Shown: positions 25,353-38,500 of the stretch, piece after piece | Position numbering within the stretch: position 1 is the stretch's first letter | Layout: every line of letters starts with the position of its first letter | Source: Diadema antillarum | Taxonomy: Eukaryota | Direction of reading: 5' to 3' | Length of the DNA stretch: 64,000 bases | Assembly: GCF_040938485.1 (NCBI RefSeq) | Contig: NW_027271997.1 | Span: forward strand, 186,001-250,000 | Notes under the pieces: model-generated | What the model saw: the letters and a program-made list of their open reading frames with translations, nothing else | Told to the model about the DNA's origin: nothing | Database searches by the model: none | Program-made: the position numbers and the translations under genes

Positions 25353-28300
25353 GCGTGTGTGTGCGTGTTAGACTCTGCATATTATGTGTGATACTTTGAC
25401 ACAATGTCATGCATTTTTGACAAACAACAGACTTTGGAGATGGATATAATAGATCGCATGATGAGAGAAACAACAGGAGTTTGGCAACGAACTGCACACC
25501 CCATGGAGGAACCGAGATTCCATCGAACCAAATAAAAGCGTCACAGCTTGAAATGATAGCTTGTTAGAAACCGATTTGTTGTCGCATTGTACGTCAGTAG
25601 AATGGTTGATTTATTCCAAATAACGCACTCGCATAAACCTTCGTGGGAAAGTTCAATCATTTTAATCGCATATATGCTCTATCAATTTTGAATCATACAT
25701 AAACAAGATCTCGTCGCTGGCTGGTAATAATCGTATAGAAAGGGAGATAAATCTAGCGACAATGCGCTTAATGATATACAATATGTACTTTATTTCAAGT
25801 GTGCAATGCATCGATTAGGGCGCGCAAGGGGTTTCAAATACATATAGGACGTGGGAAAATAGACGGTTCGTGAAGATGACTAAAATCATTCCAAAGCTGC
25901 AAGAGCTGGCTTCTATTTTGTCCACTATCTCAAGTCTTGAGAGAGGCAGTACTCTTATCTCGCATTTAAATCTATATTTTCTTTGTGAGAAGAAAGAATG
26001 AAAGGGCCTCCAGACGCCAGGAGAGCCGATTTGAGCGCTTCACTGATTTCTTCCTTCACCACAAAGCGTCCTTCTACTTTTGGTAGTGTAGTATACGGCG
26101 AGGATTACTGTGTTGTTGAGTTGGCTCGAAGCAATGTGGGAGGAACTGCGAAGCTCTTTGGAGGATCGAAAAGCAATAGCCCATAGGCCGCCAAAACGAC
26201 TTCCAACTTTAATTTCAACGGTACCAAGGGACTTGCCAAACATTGATCTGAATGTGACTCAGAAGCCGTGGCTGATTTCATCATTTTCCCAAAGATTAAT
26301 CATATATAAATCATGATTAATATTAATCATAATAATATTAATTGCGAAGGCTTTTGATTCTGCTTGTTTTTGAAATTTATTCTGTACATTGAAAAAGCAG
26401 CTAAAACCAACAAAATAATATAAACGACACGTATGGAATGGTAACATCATGTGAAGATTATTATATATTACTATTTCGAAAAAAAAATGCGTGAGACATT
26501 CAGTTCTAGTATACTTATTTTGACCAATAAGTTAGAAAACGGTATTTCGACGCACTTCCCGACGTTCCATATTGGGCAAATCGCGTGTCATCTAAAGATG
26601 TCACGTAACCAAATAGGCTGAGGTATCTATCAGATAGAGCGCGTGCTTTATGAGACATTCAGTCTCGTTACGTCAGTCTCGTTACGATCATTGATTATCT
26701 GACATCACCCAATTTCTAGCTAGTTCATAATGCTCTTACATAGGACGTCACTTTTTATCAATCGTAGAGACGGACTGGAAAGAATGAAAGTTAGTATGCT
26801 TTCAGATCTATCCCGTGACAAAGTCTTTTTTCTGACCTAAGTTCATTGACTTTTTCTGACACTAGCGTACTAATCGAAAAACAATGAGACTACCAGGGCG
26901 TTTTAGGAGTCACCTCACATCGGGACGGTTTCTCGTATACGCAACCTAATTATACGATTATTGAAGAATCGATCGGTTACCTGTCCACGAGTCCATGCTT
27001 GTACTATAAAGGTACATTTTACCGTTTCGAGAATTTGTGTTAAAGTTCACAATGCCTCATTGAGTGCGTTCTTTGATACATAGAAAGCGTATGATAAAGT
27101 TACGTAATAAAGCTGTGTAGAAGGCCCGAGTGGTTTCTTTGGAGCGCGGTTTGAGGAGCAGGCGTCAAAACATTGATTTCGCTTCCATATCAATAGTACC
27201 AATACGTGCTTACAAGCATACTACTTGAGCGCAGTAAACCTATGGTGATACGTACATGTTTAATGTTGATGTGATTTTGATTACAATATTCAGAAATTCA
27301 AATGCACCAAATAGTTCTGTGCTCTAGCTGAGCCATTTGTTAAGTTTGATGTTTTCAGTTCCTTTGCAGTGCATAAAGGCGTGACACCAAATTTCACACT
27401 TTATAAAGAAACTTAAATCACGAAATTGTTACATATATCTATTACACATTATTTATCTTAAAAGTGACTTGGCAATTACATCATAAATTGTCAAGGTCGC
27501 AAAACGAGCATTAATTTTTAGGGGCCAATGTTATCGATTGATGTATTTTTCCAATTAATTGCACGAAATAATGATTTTCTTGACACTTACAATGCAAAAC
27601 TTTCTCTTTTGATAAATTGCTATTCATAAGGTTAGAGAATACGTTGACGTTTGCTATACATGGTTGGTTGTTTACTGTTTTGAATGTCCGAGGTCCAATA
27701 AACACGACCGTCCTCTAACTTACGCAGGAAATATGTCTAGTGCTTGAAACTGATAGACCTTTTCGGTTTGGGTGAAGAGCTGCGGTATATACCTAACAGT
27801 AGTTGATTTATATAAGGCAGACCAATGTACTTGAATCATTGCATAACCTATTGAATCATCTTTTCTTCTTACTTTGGAAGTCCCCCATCCCTCAGTTATC
27901 GCCGACATTAAAACCGGATGTCTATACGCTGTTTTAGAAGACATACAACTTCCCCCTTTTTTTCCTGAGTCACATTTTCTCTGCTTGCTTCGTGCAAATG
28001 TTTGCAAAGGGATATGAAAAAGTTTTCGAGCCCACAGCAAACAAAGACTGCAAACAACAATAACAATACCAGAACACATCCAAGAACCTCTAAACGCTGT
28101 GCATTCATGACTGTGACGAACTTGCTTTGTGCAATTGGTTGTTTACAATGATCATTATGCAACAATTGTGAGCCGCTATTGTAAAAAACAGATGGTAGAT
28201 ATATCTTGAAGATTCCATTTCAAAGAACAAAAGAGAAGACACATTCCTGAACGTGACGAATAAAGACTTCAACGAATTTCACGTCTGTATCGATTTTTGA

Positions 28301-31300
28301 ATGAACCCTTCAGGCTTATAAATACAACTTGATATGGGCACACTAAGACATTGTGTAACATGAAAATTGTCTTTTGAATCGTAAAGCTTGCACGCATGAT
28401 TCGAGAGTAACAGGTGCAAGTCCTTGCCAGACATTTATTATAAGAAACTATGCCTGTTAACATGAATGCTTTTTATTGTGTGTAATACTTGATGTTAATT
28501 CAGAGTTTTCGTTGTGCAAATGGTCATGTCAAACATTGTTTATTTTGATCATTTCACCATGATCTGCATGTTTACGCAGCGAGTTCAAAATGCAAAAGAA
28601 AACTTAACAGTAGAAGTGTAGTTCAGCTTTATAGGAACAGGCTGAGATTAAAGCCACACTTACCGAATATAACGCTCAAAAGTTTCGGAATAAGACATAC
28701 ATGTAGTTTAGACACCAAATTAAACATCAATTCCTGAAATTTGGATGTGTGCATATAATTCAGCAGTATTGTATTCATGTTGTCCGGATTTTTTTTTATT
28801 TTTTTTTTGTATGTGCACCATGGGTATGTGTATTTGCACGTGTAGACTCGCGTATTTGGCGTTGTTCGCTTCGATGTGCTCCCAGTCGAGAGGGAGAGTC
28901 AAAACAAGAGGTCTCATGAATATTATTTTATCCATTACATTGTAATTCATGTGAATTTCCTTACAAAGACGTGTCTGCACAATACTTGGCTGCTTACATG
29001 ACCCTGATTGTGAATAAGATAAATTGTCACTGAAATACAATGGATGTATGTGCTTTGAATTGGGGCATCGAATGAAAGTAAACTGTAAAAAAAATTAACA
29101 CGTTTATAACAACAAAAATAAGAAAACACGCCGGAGCACCCTTTTTATTTAGTGGAGTTCTTTATTCTGAAAATCAATTATGCCAGATTAACAGATAGAA
29201 AGCTAACGTGGGCGCACTATGGCAAAATATGATCGTTAGAGATGACCTAATTTGTATTCATTCAATGTCATTAATTTCGATTTGCGCGTTACAACACCGA
29301 AGAGGAATGTTTGACATCCCAGTGTAATGTTATAGAACATAAACATTGTGTTTGTATGGGTTATACGAAAAGTTATTACTCCATCTATAACATCTCCCTG
29401 TTGTATCTATATTTCACCCTAGACGCCAATGGCAATGCAGCTCAGCCGGTATTCATCACAGAAGGCAATTCAAATGACACGGGAGTGACCTCCGAAAAAA
29501 GGAACGAGGAACTGGCCGTTCTGACGAACGGCACGGGCGAACAAAATGGCGTTTTACCCGAGGAACATTCAGAGGAGCGGGATGAGATCGCTGATAGAGT
29601 CACAAAGATTCAAAGGTTAGGAAAATTTGCTAATAATTGCACATGGATTACGTCAGTCGTTGCGTCATGTGGCAACTACTCATCACAACTAAAACATATC
29701 GGCACCCTAACATCAACATAATAAAACCTGCCTTAACAGCCACCTGTCTTTTACGGCTACGAAAATCTCGCTGCATTTTCTTAAACGGCCATTTTTTCGT
29801 TACTCTTGGGTATTCACAATAGACAGGTTAACTGTTCATACATATATACACATTCTTATCGACAGTGATCATTATTTCAGGAATCGATTTCTAAGACCGC
29901 GCTCTTTTGTTGAATTTCGAATAATTGATTGCATTGTAATTATTTCTGCAGATTATTGCACGACACACAAACACTACTCAATCGATTTTTACAATGGAGT
30001 ATCACAACCATGACAATAGATTGCTTCTGTCTGTTGCCTAACTCATTAACCGCTATGGATCATCACTGCCATTGCCTAATTAAATATACTGAGTTCTCCG
30101 TCGATATAACGCACGCGAGTAATTCATCTATTTGCCTCTCTCTCTCTGCACAATGTTGGGTGATATAATTATGAAAATAACCATGAATTAATGTCAGCAG
30201 CAACATCTATAACATGATTCTATTGTTGGCAATGCCCATGTTCTATTTTACATAGCATTGCTTTGTGATGTTGGATAAGAACGCTCCTCAGTTAGACGCT
30301 ATCACGTTGTCATAGTGACAAGACTCAATTTAGATGATTGGATGTGCATCAATGAATTCGTCCCTCACAGAACAGACTGCATAAAGTAATGCGCAAGCTA
30401 TGATAATGTAGGAGATGCAATGCTGAGTTATTATGTGGCTATGATACGATGGTATGCCAGTTTGACGATGATACATTCCTGAATAGGATGATTTTCAGGG
30501 GAATGACTTTGGATATTTTATGGAGAGGAAATATCAACGGTATTTGCGTAAAAGCTAATCGTCACCAGCTCTAAAGAGGTAATTTGTACGCGTTACTGAG
30601 CGAATTACTGTGTATTCCGGGTTAATTGTCAAACGTCACCTATGTTGTCAGTGATGAATGACTTTTGTTGTGGAAACAGCGAAATGAAGCGCCATAGGAA
30701 ATTGATACACTAATGCATTAAAACGGTTCAATAACTGACACCGGACGCCAGTAATGTATTACACTCGCATAATATAGTTATAAAGAATAACCTGTTTGTC
30801 TTGTTTCAACAAACCTGCATCACTTTCGTGCCGACGTTTTCGACTTCAGATGCAGTCCCTGTGCTTTGCGCGAGACATTCTCCAAGACACCGATGTTTTT
30901 TTCCAATTTCCTGCGGTAGGATGTGTTTGTTTTCGGTTTGGTTGAAAGAGTTTGGCTGTCGTCTGGGTCTTCAATTACCGATATTGCTCAGCAAGCAAGC
31001 GAGAACCGAGCTGAACTAGAACTTGATAGATGACGCAGCCTTGACTTTCTGCGCGAATCGATGCGCAGATCAATCAACGTCTTATTGACAGTTTCTCGGT
31101 GATGTTTATGGCAACAGCTATCTCCACCGCTAACCTTCATTCTACTTCTCGTCAGCTTCTCTACAGCTCTTGCCACCGCCATTACTACCATAGCTACCAC
31201 AGTTACCATTACTTGTACCAATAACAAATGGTTGCATTGTCACATCTTCATAACCTCTTACTTATCCCTAGCCATCGTTACCATTACCATCACGGCATCG

Positions 31301-32392
31301 CTCCTCCCTTCCAATCATCCAGCCTGCTGTTCATTACACGCACCACCGAAAATGTCACTACCATTTTAACGTCCCTCAACAAGAACAACTTCCTTCCTAC
31401 AACAGCTGACACCACAACACCCGCCACCAAATCGTCTACTTCTACCAGTACCAGCAACACCCTCAACAGTTTAATCACTGCCTTCCTAAGAACATTGACG
31501 AGACCAGTTTCCTTGCATCCACCGCGGAATAACCACTCTTTCATATCATTCATCTCACCATCACAACCACAATCACTACCACTGAAACAATAATTATCAA
31601 TCCCTTACATAATAATTTAGATATCCAACCATTGCTTTGACCAGGGAGGCGAATCCCTGCTTTGACTGATACAAGTGCACTGTTTTTGCTCCTTTTCGAA
31701 CGGTTGTTAGGTGATTGTGCCTTTGTTGCTATGACGCGTCGTTCTCAGTGGACTGATTTTGAATTTTATCTCTACAGTGTGTTTCGCGGCTTCCAAGACA
31801 GGAAATTACTCCAGAAGCAAAATGACATGGCCATCAAGATCCAGAGGTAAGTCAAATAATAATTCATGATGTATATGTTTTTAAATACCTTAATTCAAGA
31901 CGACATGGAAACACTATTTCATTTCACTTTGCTCTTCTCTCTTTCTTTTTGCTTTTCCTTTGAAATCCAATTAAATGCAATATTCTTATTTTCCCCTTCG
32001 CACTTTTATCTTTTAAACCGTCGAAAAGTCCTTTGCAAAACACGTCTGGGAAATCACGGTGATGCACAAGTTAAATTTCCTTCTTCTCTTTCTGTCGACA
32101 AAAAACAGAAACAAAAACACACACTTATAAACGCAATCTTACGATGGCATAACAACCGTGGAATCATTTATTTATTTATTTCACACTGAGGATTATAAAA
32201 CTGCAATTCAAAATGTTCAGGAAAATTATGTTCTTCATCTGATTAATATTGTCTGCTTGTTGTTTATTATTCTGTTCCCTCTTGTTATGTTGTAAATGTA
32301 AATATTTTCATTTTCAATTTTGTTTGATACGCAATGAGCACAGAAAGGTGGACCTGTAGGCTGTTAAGATATAGCCACTATTATTGTTATTA

Positions 32393-32423
<31 letters not shown>

Positions 32424-35400
32424 TATCATCATCACCATCATCATCGTCATCATTATTATTATCATTATCATCATCGCCACTATTATCAAATATTGTTTTC
32501 ATCTCCACACTGAATTTTTTACATTTGTTTGTTTGTTTGTTTGTTTTTTTAATTAGGCAATTTCGCCGTCATCGGTCCTCAATCAGTACCGAGGATGATA
32601 TATCAAGGACCGTGACACCAGCTCCCACCAAACTGCCTCCCATCACGCCCTCGGTACCAGACTTCGATCACAAACCCGTTAAGAAACTGACCAAAGAGGA
32701 ACAAATGAAATGTAAGTGATATTTCAAATATTGACCTCCCAGTAACCCATGTCTGTCATTTAAACAAATGAGTAAAAAACTAAAACCGTGAGAACATAAA
32801 GAAACATATTATCAAATAATCAATAATAATCTAGGAGAGATGATGTATTCTCCTACACACACAAAAAAAAAGAAATAGTTGTCACAGTTGTGTATGTGTG
32901 TGAATTATGTAGAATGTACAGCGGAATGTCTCCTCAGCCATCAGTAGTATATATAGTATAATATTACGGTATATTCATTTATGTATACATTAGATATATA
33001 TCGCATATAATGATGGTTTACTTGTATGTTCTTACATTGCTTGTACACCTTTCCAATTATTGTCAACGCTGGTGGAAGAGGTTAACAATAAAAACCAAAA
33101 CGAATTGTTTAATTTACCGTATATGATATACAGATATAGTAGCCATCATCTTATGTCAGCGTTTTGTTGCTGTTGTTGTTTTCCCTTTTTTAAGGGGTTG
33201 AGATATAGACAGAACTTTAGAGAAATATTGTTCCTCCATTATGTAACATGAAATGTGATGTAACTTTTTGGCGTACCATTTCCTCACCACAGTATTAGCG
33301 GAAAGAAAGGAGCAGAGAAGGACGCGAGCAAGGGCGTGGCGTGACAAGGCGGGTTTGGAGGCAGACAAGAAGGAATTCAAAATTGAAATCGGTATGTTTG
33401 CTGAGATCAGAACTTAATCTGTATTATGTAGGCCTACATAATGCTACATGCAAGAATTCAAAACAAGAACATTATATTGAAAACACAAGGGTTCCAACGG
33501 TGAAACTGTCTAATGCGATTTTGATCGATTTTATTGGGCTATTCAGGACTTCTGGTGTCATAGGTAGACATATTCATTCATTCATTCATTTTTTCATAGA
33601 GGTGGCTCTTCCTTACTCTTTCTAAACATACACTAAAACTGCGGAGACTTGCAATCGAAAGAGTGACTTTATGATCTTTATGAGCAGATACGAAAGGTCA
33701 GGTATATGCATGTACAACGTAATGAGGTTTGCCAGGAACAGGTCGACTTGCTTTAGGATGATTAAGCACGATCCTTCAAACACGTTTGAAAAGGCATCAT
33801 GTTCTTTTCTCCTTGTTTATATCATCAAAAGTGAAACAGCATGATTGTTTTAGTATTCAACATACTGCCACATTGTATTTCTCTATATTGTAGTATATTA
33901 AAGAGGAAGTTTCTCGAAATATGATACATGTGAATTGAGTAAATGAAGCAATATTAGTTTAACACAATGGAGTTTAAGGAAAATCTGTCATCTGACAATG
34001 AAAAGTTGTCAATTCTTAAAGTTTCGATGCCGCCAGTCCGGCTGGACGAGAAGATTATAGCAGTTCTTGATGCAGCTGCAGAACAACGACATACAGTACG
34101 AGAATTTAGAAAAAAAAAGCTAATTTTCACTGAAAAGCACACATTGTTTTGACTTGTTACTGACATTATGACAATACACTGTATTTCCTCTGCATTCTAA
34201 AGAGGTAAGCATAGGTTACGCCAAAATATTACTCTTTCATTATGCTAGAAAATTACATTTTTAACTCTCTTTATATTTTCTTTATATCGCTGTTCAGTTG
34301 TGACATCACAACGGCCTGTTGAAGTCTTCTCATCCAGCATTGATTTGCGGCAGCAAAACTTTAAGAATTCATAACTTTTCAACGGATTGTCCGATTTTCC
34401 TCAAACTTTCCTTGATCTGTTCCACTAAATATTACTGCATTCACCCAAACCATGTGGGAGAAATTCCCATTGCGAATCGTGTTAAAAAAAACCCACATAC
34501 ACACACTCACAAAAAAAAACCCTCTGGCCATTTTGTACTATAGTAACTATAGAAGCGCTGGCATTTGCGGCGTAAAACTCAATCAAAAGACATTCTATAA
34601 TTTATAACGCGCACCAGCACAAAATGTATGCGAACTCCACCGCGTAAATGTTTAAAGTGCTCCATAATATCACGTATTAAATTGTGAAGATTGATTCAAA
34701 ATTAATGTCTGAGCATTCCATTCTGCTCCCGTGTCTCAAAATGTTAATTGCACGCTAAAAGTCAGTTCCTTTGTGGAAACTGACTAGCGGATAGTGTTAA
34801 AGCTTTGTGTGTCGATTCCATGACAACTAGATAACAGATCCAGTGTTTCTTCCTCACATTTCGAATACGCGCACAATAATGTTGTATGGAAAAGAGCAGC
34901 TTCGTGTGGACACCATAGCGCATTTCATTAAACATTTGCCAGAGATACGTGCGGTGATAAATGCGAGCGTGTATATTAACAATATTGTGGAGAACAAACA
35001 AAGCACATCGACCGCTAGACATAATAATTGGAATCTATCAATGATAAATACCACTGCGTGACAGGGAAGAAAGGTTGGAGAGAATTAGAAAGCTTGCATA
35101 GAGGAATTAATAAGAGCTAGAAAACGAACGCATAGCTGCGAAATGAAAATAGAATAATATGGATAAATAGGAGAACAGCTGATAATGATGATGATGATGA
35201 TGATGATGAAGAATAGAAAAAAAGCCATCGTGACGATGGAACGAACGACAGATCAATGGAAAGGAATGTATAGATAGCTGGTGAATATTCATGGCACGGA
35301 TTAGCATGTGGTAGGATCAATAGAAAAATTGTCCACATTCTTTTCATTTTTCTTTTTTAAAGGAACTGAAGTTGTTGTTTTTTAAACAGTCATCAGTATC

Positions 35401-35505
35401 AATTTATCCAATCATGTTTCATGACACCTATTATAGACCTGATGTCGTGGAATTGTGCAAAAGTAGATCTGCGGTGTTGTGTGTCAATACACACACACAC
35501 ACGCG

Positions 35506-35536
<31 letters not shown>

Positions 35537-38500
35537 AAGTCCAACATGTACATAGAACAGATACTGGGTTTGCGGGCAATTTTCTATTTGTGTGGTTGAT
35601 ATATATTTCTATACATTAGATAGCGTTTCTGCATTTGGGTTCACCTGGGGTAATTTTCCCACTGTGTCCTACAATAGAGCACTCCCGAGTGTAGGCCCCG
35701 ATGTGGGCAGCGAATGAGAAAGGAAGAACAAGGAAAGCTGCCGATCGGTTTTTCACTTTTCCGCATTGATCATGCCATGCTTTATGTCACTTTTTTTCCG
35801 TTTCAGGCACGAAAACGAAACAGGAGTTTGGTGTTTTTCAGTCCGAAATCACGGAGTTGCAGTGGTACGCAGAACAGCAGCTGGAGGTCACAGAGTGCGG
35901 TGGACCGGACTACCAGCCTCCCAGGATACTGGTACGTATAGAACGATGGGTGTGTGTNNNNNNNNNNNNNNNNNNNNNNNNNNNNNNNNNNNNNNNNNNN
36001 NNNNNNNNNNNNNNNNNNNNNNNNNNNNNNNNNNNNNNNNNNNNNNNNNNNNNNNNNNNNNNNNNNNNNNNNNNNNNNNNNNNNNNNNNNNNNNNNNNTA
36101 AAAAGTAATAATGATAATAATAATAATGATAATAGTGGCTACTTGTATAGCGCACAGGTCCACTTTTCAGTGCTCATGGCGCTTCAAAAATGAAAAGATA
36201 AACATGCATATACATGTTCAAACATGGCAACAAAGAAGAAAATGGCAAACAAAAATTAATATATACCAAATTAAGAATACAACATATACCAATTAAAAAT
36301 ACAATACTGTTCCGAACATTAATGACATACAGCAATTACAGTCCTCTGTGTCTCATACCTGTACAGTGCACTCCCGTTACAACGAACACGGTTATAACGA
36401 AATTTCGTTATAACGAAGTAAATCTTCTGGTCCCAAAATTATCACCATTAAAGTCTGTGGAAGAAAATTCGCTTATAACGAACACGGTTATAGCGAAATT
36501 TCCGTTATAACGAAGTCTTTTCCGAGCGCCACCAACAAAGAAAAACAAAAGAAATGTGCTCCGTTATAACGAAATGCGAATTGCTTTCGAAAATACGTAG
36601 CGGAACAAGCATTTATAGCGTCTCTGCATGGGTGAACACTTCACACCACTGTGTGTTTGCTCCTTGTGTCACGCACAGTTTCTGAGGGGAACTTGCGTTT
36701 ATTATTGTAATACAGTTATCCTATCACATTTCACATAGCTTTCCAGTGTATGATGAGTATTCAGCAAACATACTATGATATATACGTGGTTCCTTGTTTT
36801 CGTTATATATTGTATTTGTTCGGTTATAACGAAATTTCGTTATAACAAAAGAAAACTGCCGGTCCCGAGCATTTCGTTATAACGGGAGTGCACTGTACCA
36901 GAAAGGGCCTATATACAAGCATGTACACACACTGAGCTCATTCATATACAAGTAATACAATAGATAAATATATGCGTATACCATAATCATGTACAAGGCC
37001 TACATTTCTTTTTCATTTAAAATCATTGTCAAGGGTTATAACAACAATAATGTGCCCTTCGTTTCTGAAAATCACAGAATCGTTTTAAGACTGCATGTTA
37101 TTTACACACATTCGTTTATCAATTTTCATTCCAGCTCATTTCATCCAATGTTCCAAAAGCTGACATGCTGCAAGCAACGGCGCATGAAAAGGGTGTTCTA
37201 GTCTTCAATTACGTAAGTAGTAAAGTGGATTTCTTCCAATTGATACTACATTATAGATGTGTATTCTTGTTTAACGAGTGGTAATCGAGATCATTGTTGT
37301 TTTCTACTCCTCAAGATAAGCAGACAGCTGTTCTTGAAATGTTTATTGATAGGTTTCATGATGTAATTGTTTTGAGTGGTTTCATGCTTCGACCAACAGA
37401 AACACTATAGTTTAGTTTCGTCATGTTTGCATTGCTTTGAATACAGCAGCGCACATGCTGTTTGGTACTTTCTTCATGTAGGGCCTATCGTGCAAAATCA
37501 TACTGAGTGTAATAAATGCAATTTAGATTTTGTATTCACTGGACGGATGTGTCATAATATCTGTGAATGACTGGTACCTTTATTTATTCAATAAATCAAC
37601 TTTGCATATATGCCAGAGACTGAACTGCAAATGATTTGTTTAAGTATGATGTGCCTATATATACCAGTCAAAAACAATACTGTACGTAAAAAAAAATCAT
37701 AAAAAATAAAGTACAATTCAATATCAAGTCGATACACCATATTGTAAGAAGTGTAGACGGGAAAAGTAATTGTAAAAGTATGAATGCGATGAGTACTACG
37801 TACACCACTTCTTTGTGTGTGTTTTTTGTTTTTCTTTTCAGGATTTCAATAACGATACATTCGACACATTATTAGGTAAGTTGCATTACAGTCAAGTGAT
37901 TCAAGGGGTTGTTTCATCATACCATATTTATAATTATCATGTTAATCAAAGTTGAAATGATTGTTGTTAACAATGTAATAACAGAAGATATCGAAACAAC
38001 CAAGAAGCTGATAACGCAAAAGACTTTGATGAGCTATCAAATTAATTTATGAAATGGGCCCCAGGTAGGCTATCCCGGAGTTGATCTTTATTCATTATCC
38101 CAAAGATTGATGTTCTTGTATCCTAACTATACCTGTCCCATTTCTATTCCCGGAACTTGAGCGATCTGGAATATATGCACCGGTATTTCAATACATTATG
38201 TTTATTTCTATATCTTCCTTTCTTTTAGATACCGATCTCTATTTCTGGAAGAGATCGGTGAAAATCACAATAGAATGAACTACATGTAGCTCTATTCAGG
38301 ACGATTAGATAAAAGTAATAGGACCGTCACAAATATATACTTTGATATAATGTAATTTTGGATTCCCTTATGGCAACCCACACACATTTCGAAAAGATGT
38401 AATGATTAAAAGTATTATTGACTGCCATGTTTGTATCTTTTCCCAGATGCCATCAGGGTAAACCTACAAGCTTACCGACAAGGCTGCAAAGCAAGATCAC

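Noticed and set aside
25998-26316. Overlapping short ORFs as an extra NSMF exon
   Set aside because: There is no phase-1/phase-1 exon with good splice sites and no similarity to NSMF; exons 2 and 3 join in frame without it.
33967-34152. ORF MEFKENLSS... as an NSMF exon
   Set aside because: It lies inside a Kolobok-like MITE and is not needed for the reading frame.
35766-36193. ORFs spanning the second N gap
   Set aside because: Gap artefacts; only 35807-35931 is a real exon.
38229-38260. Exon candidate DTDLYFWKRS
   Set aside because: The splice sites are plausible, but 38447-38517 fits the same phases and matches the NSMF sequence, so this is likely a pseudo-exon.
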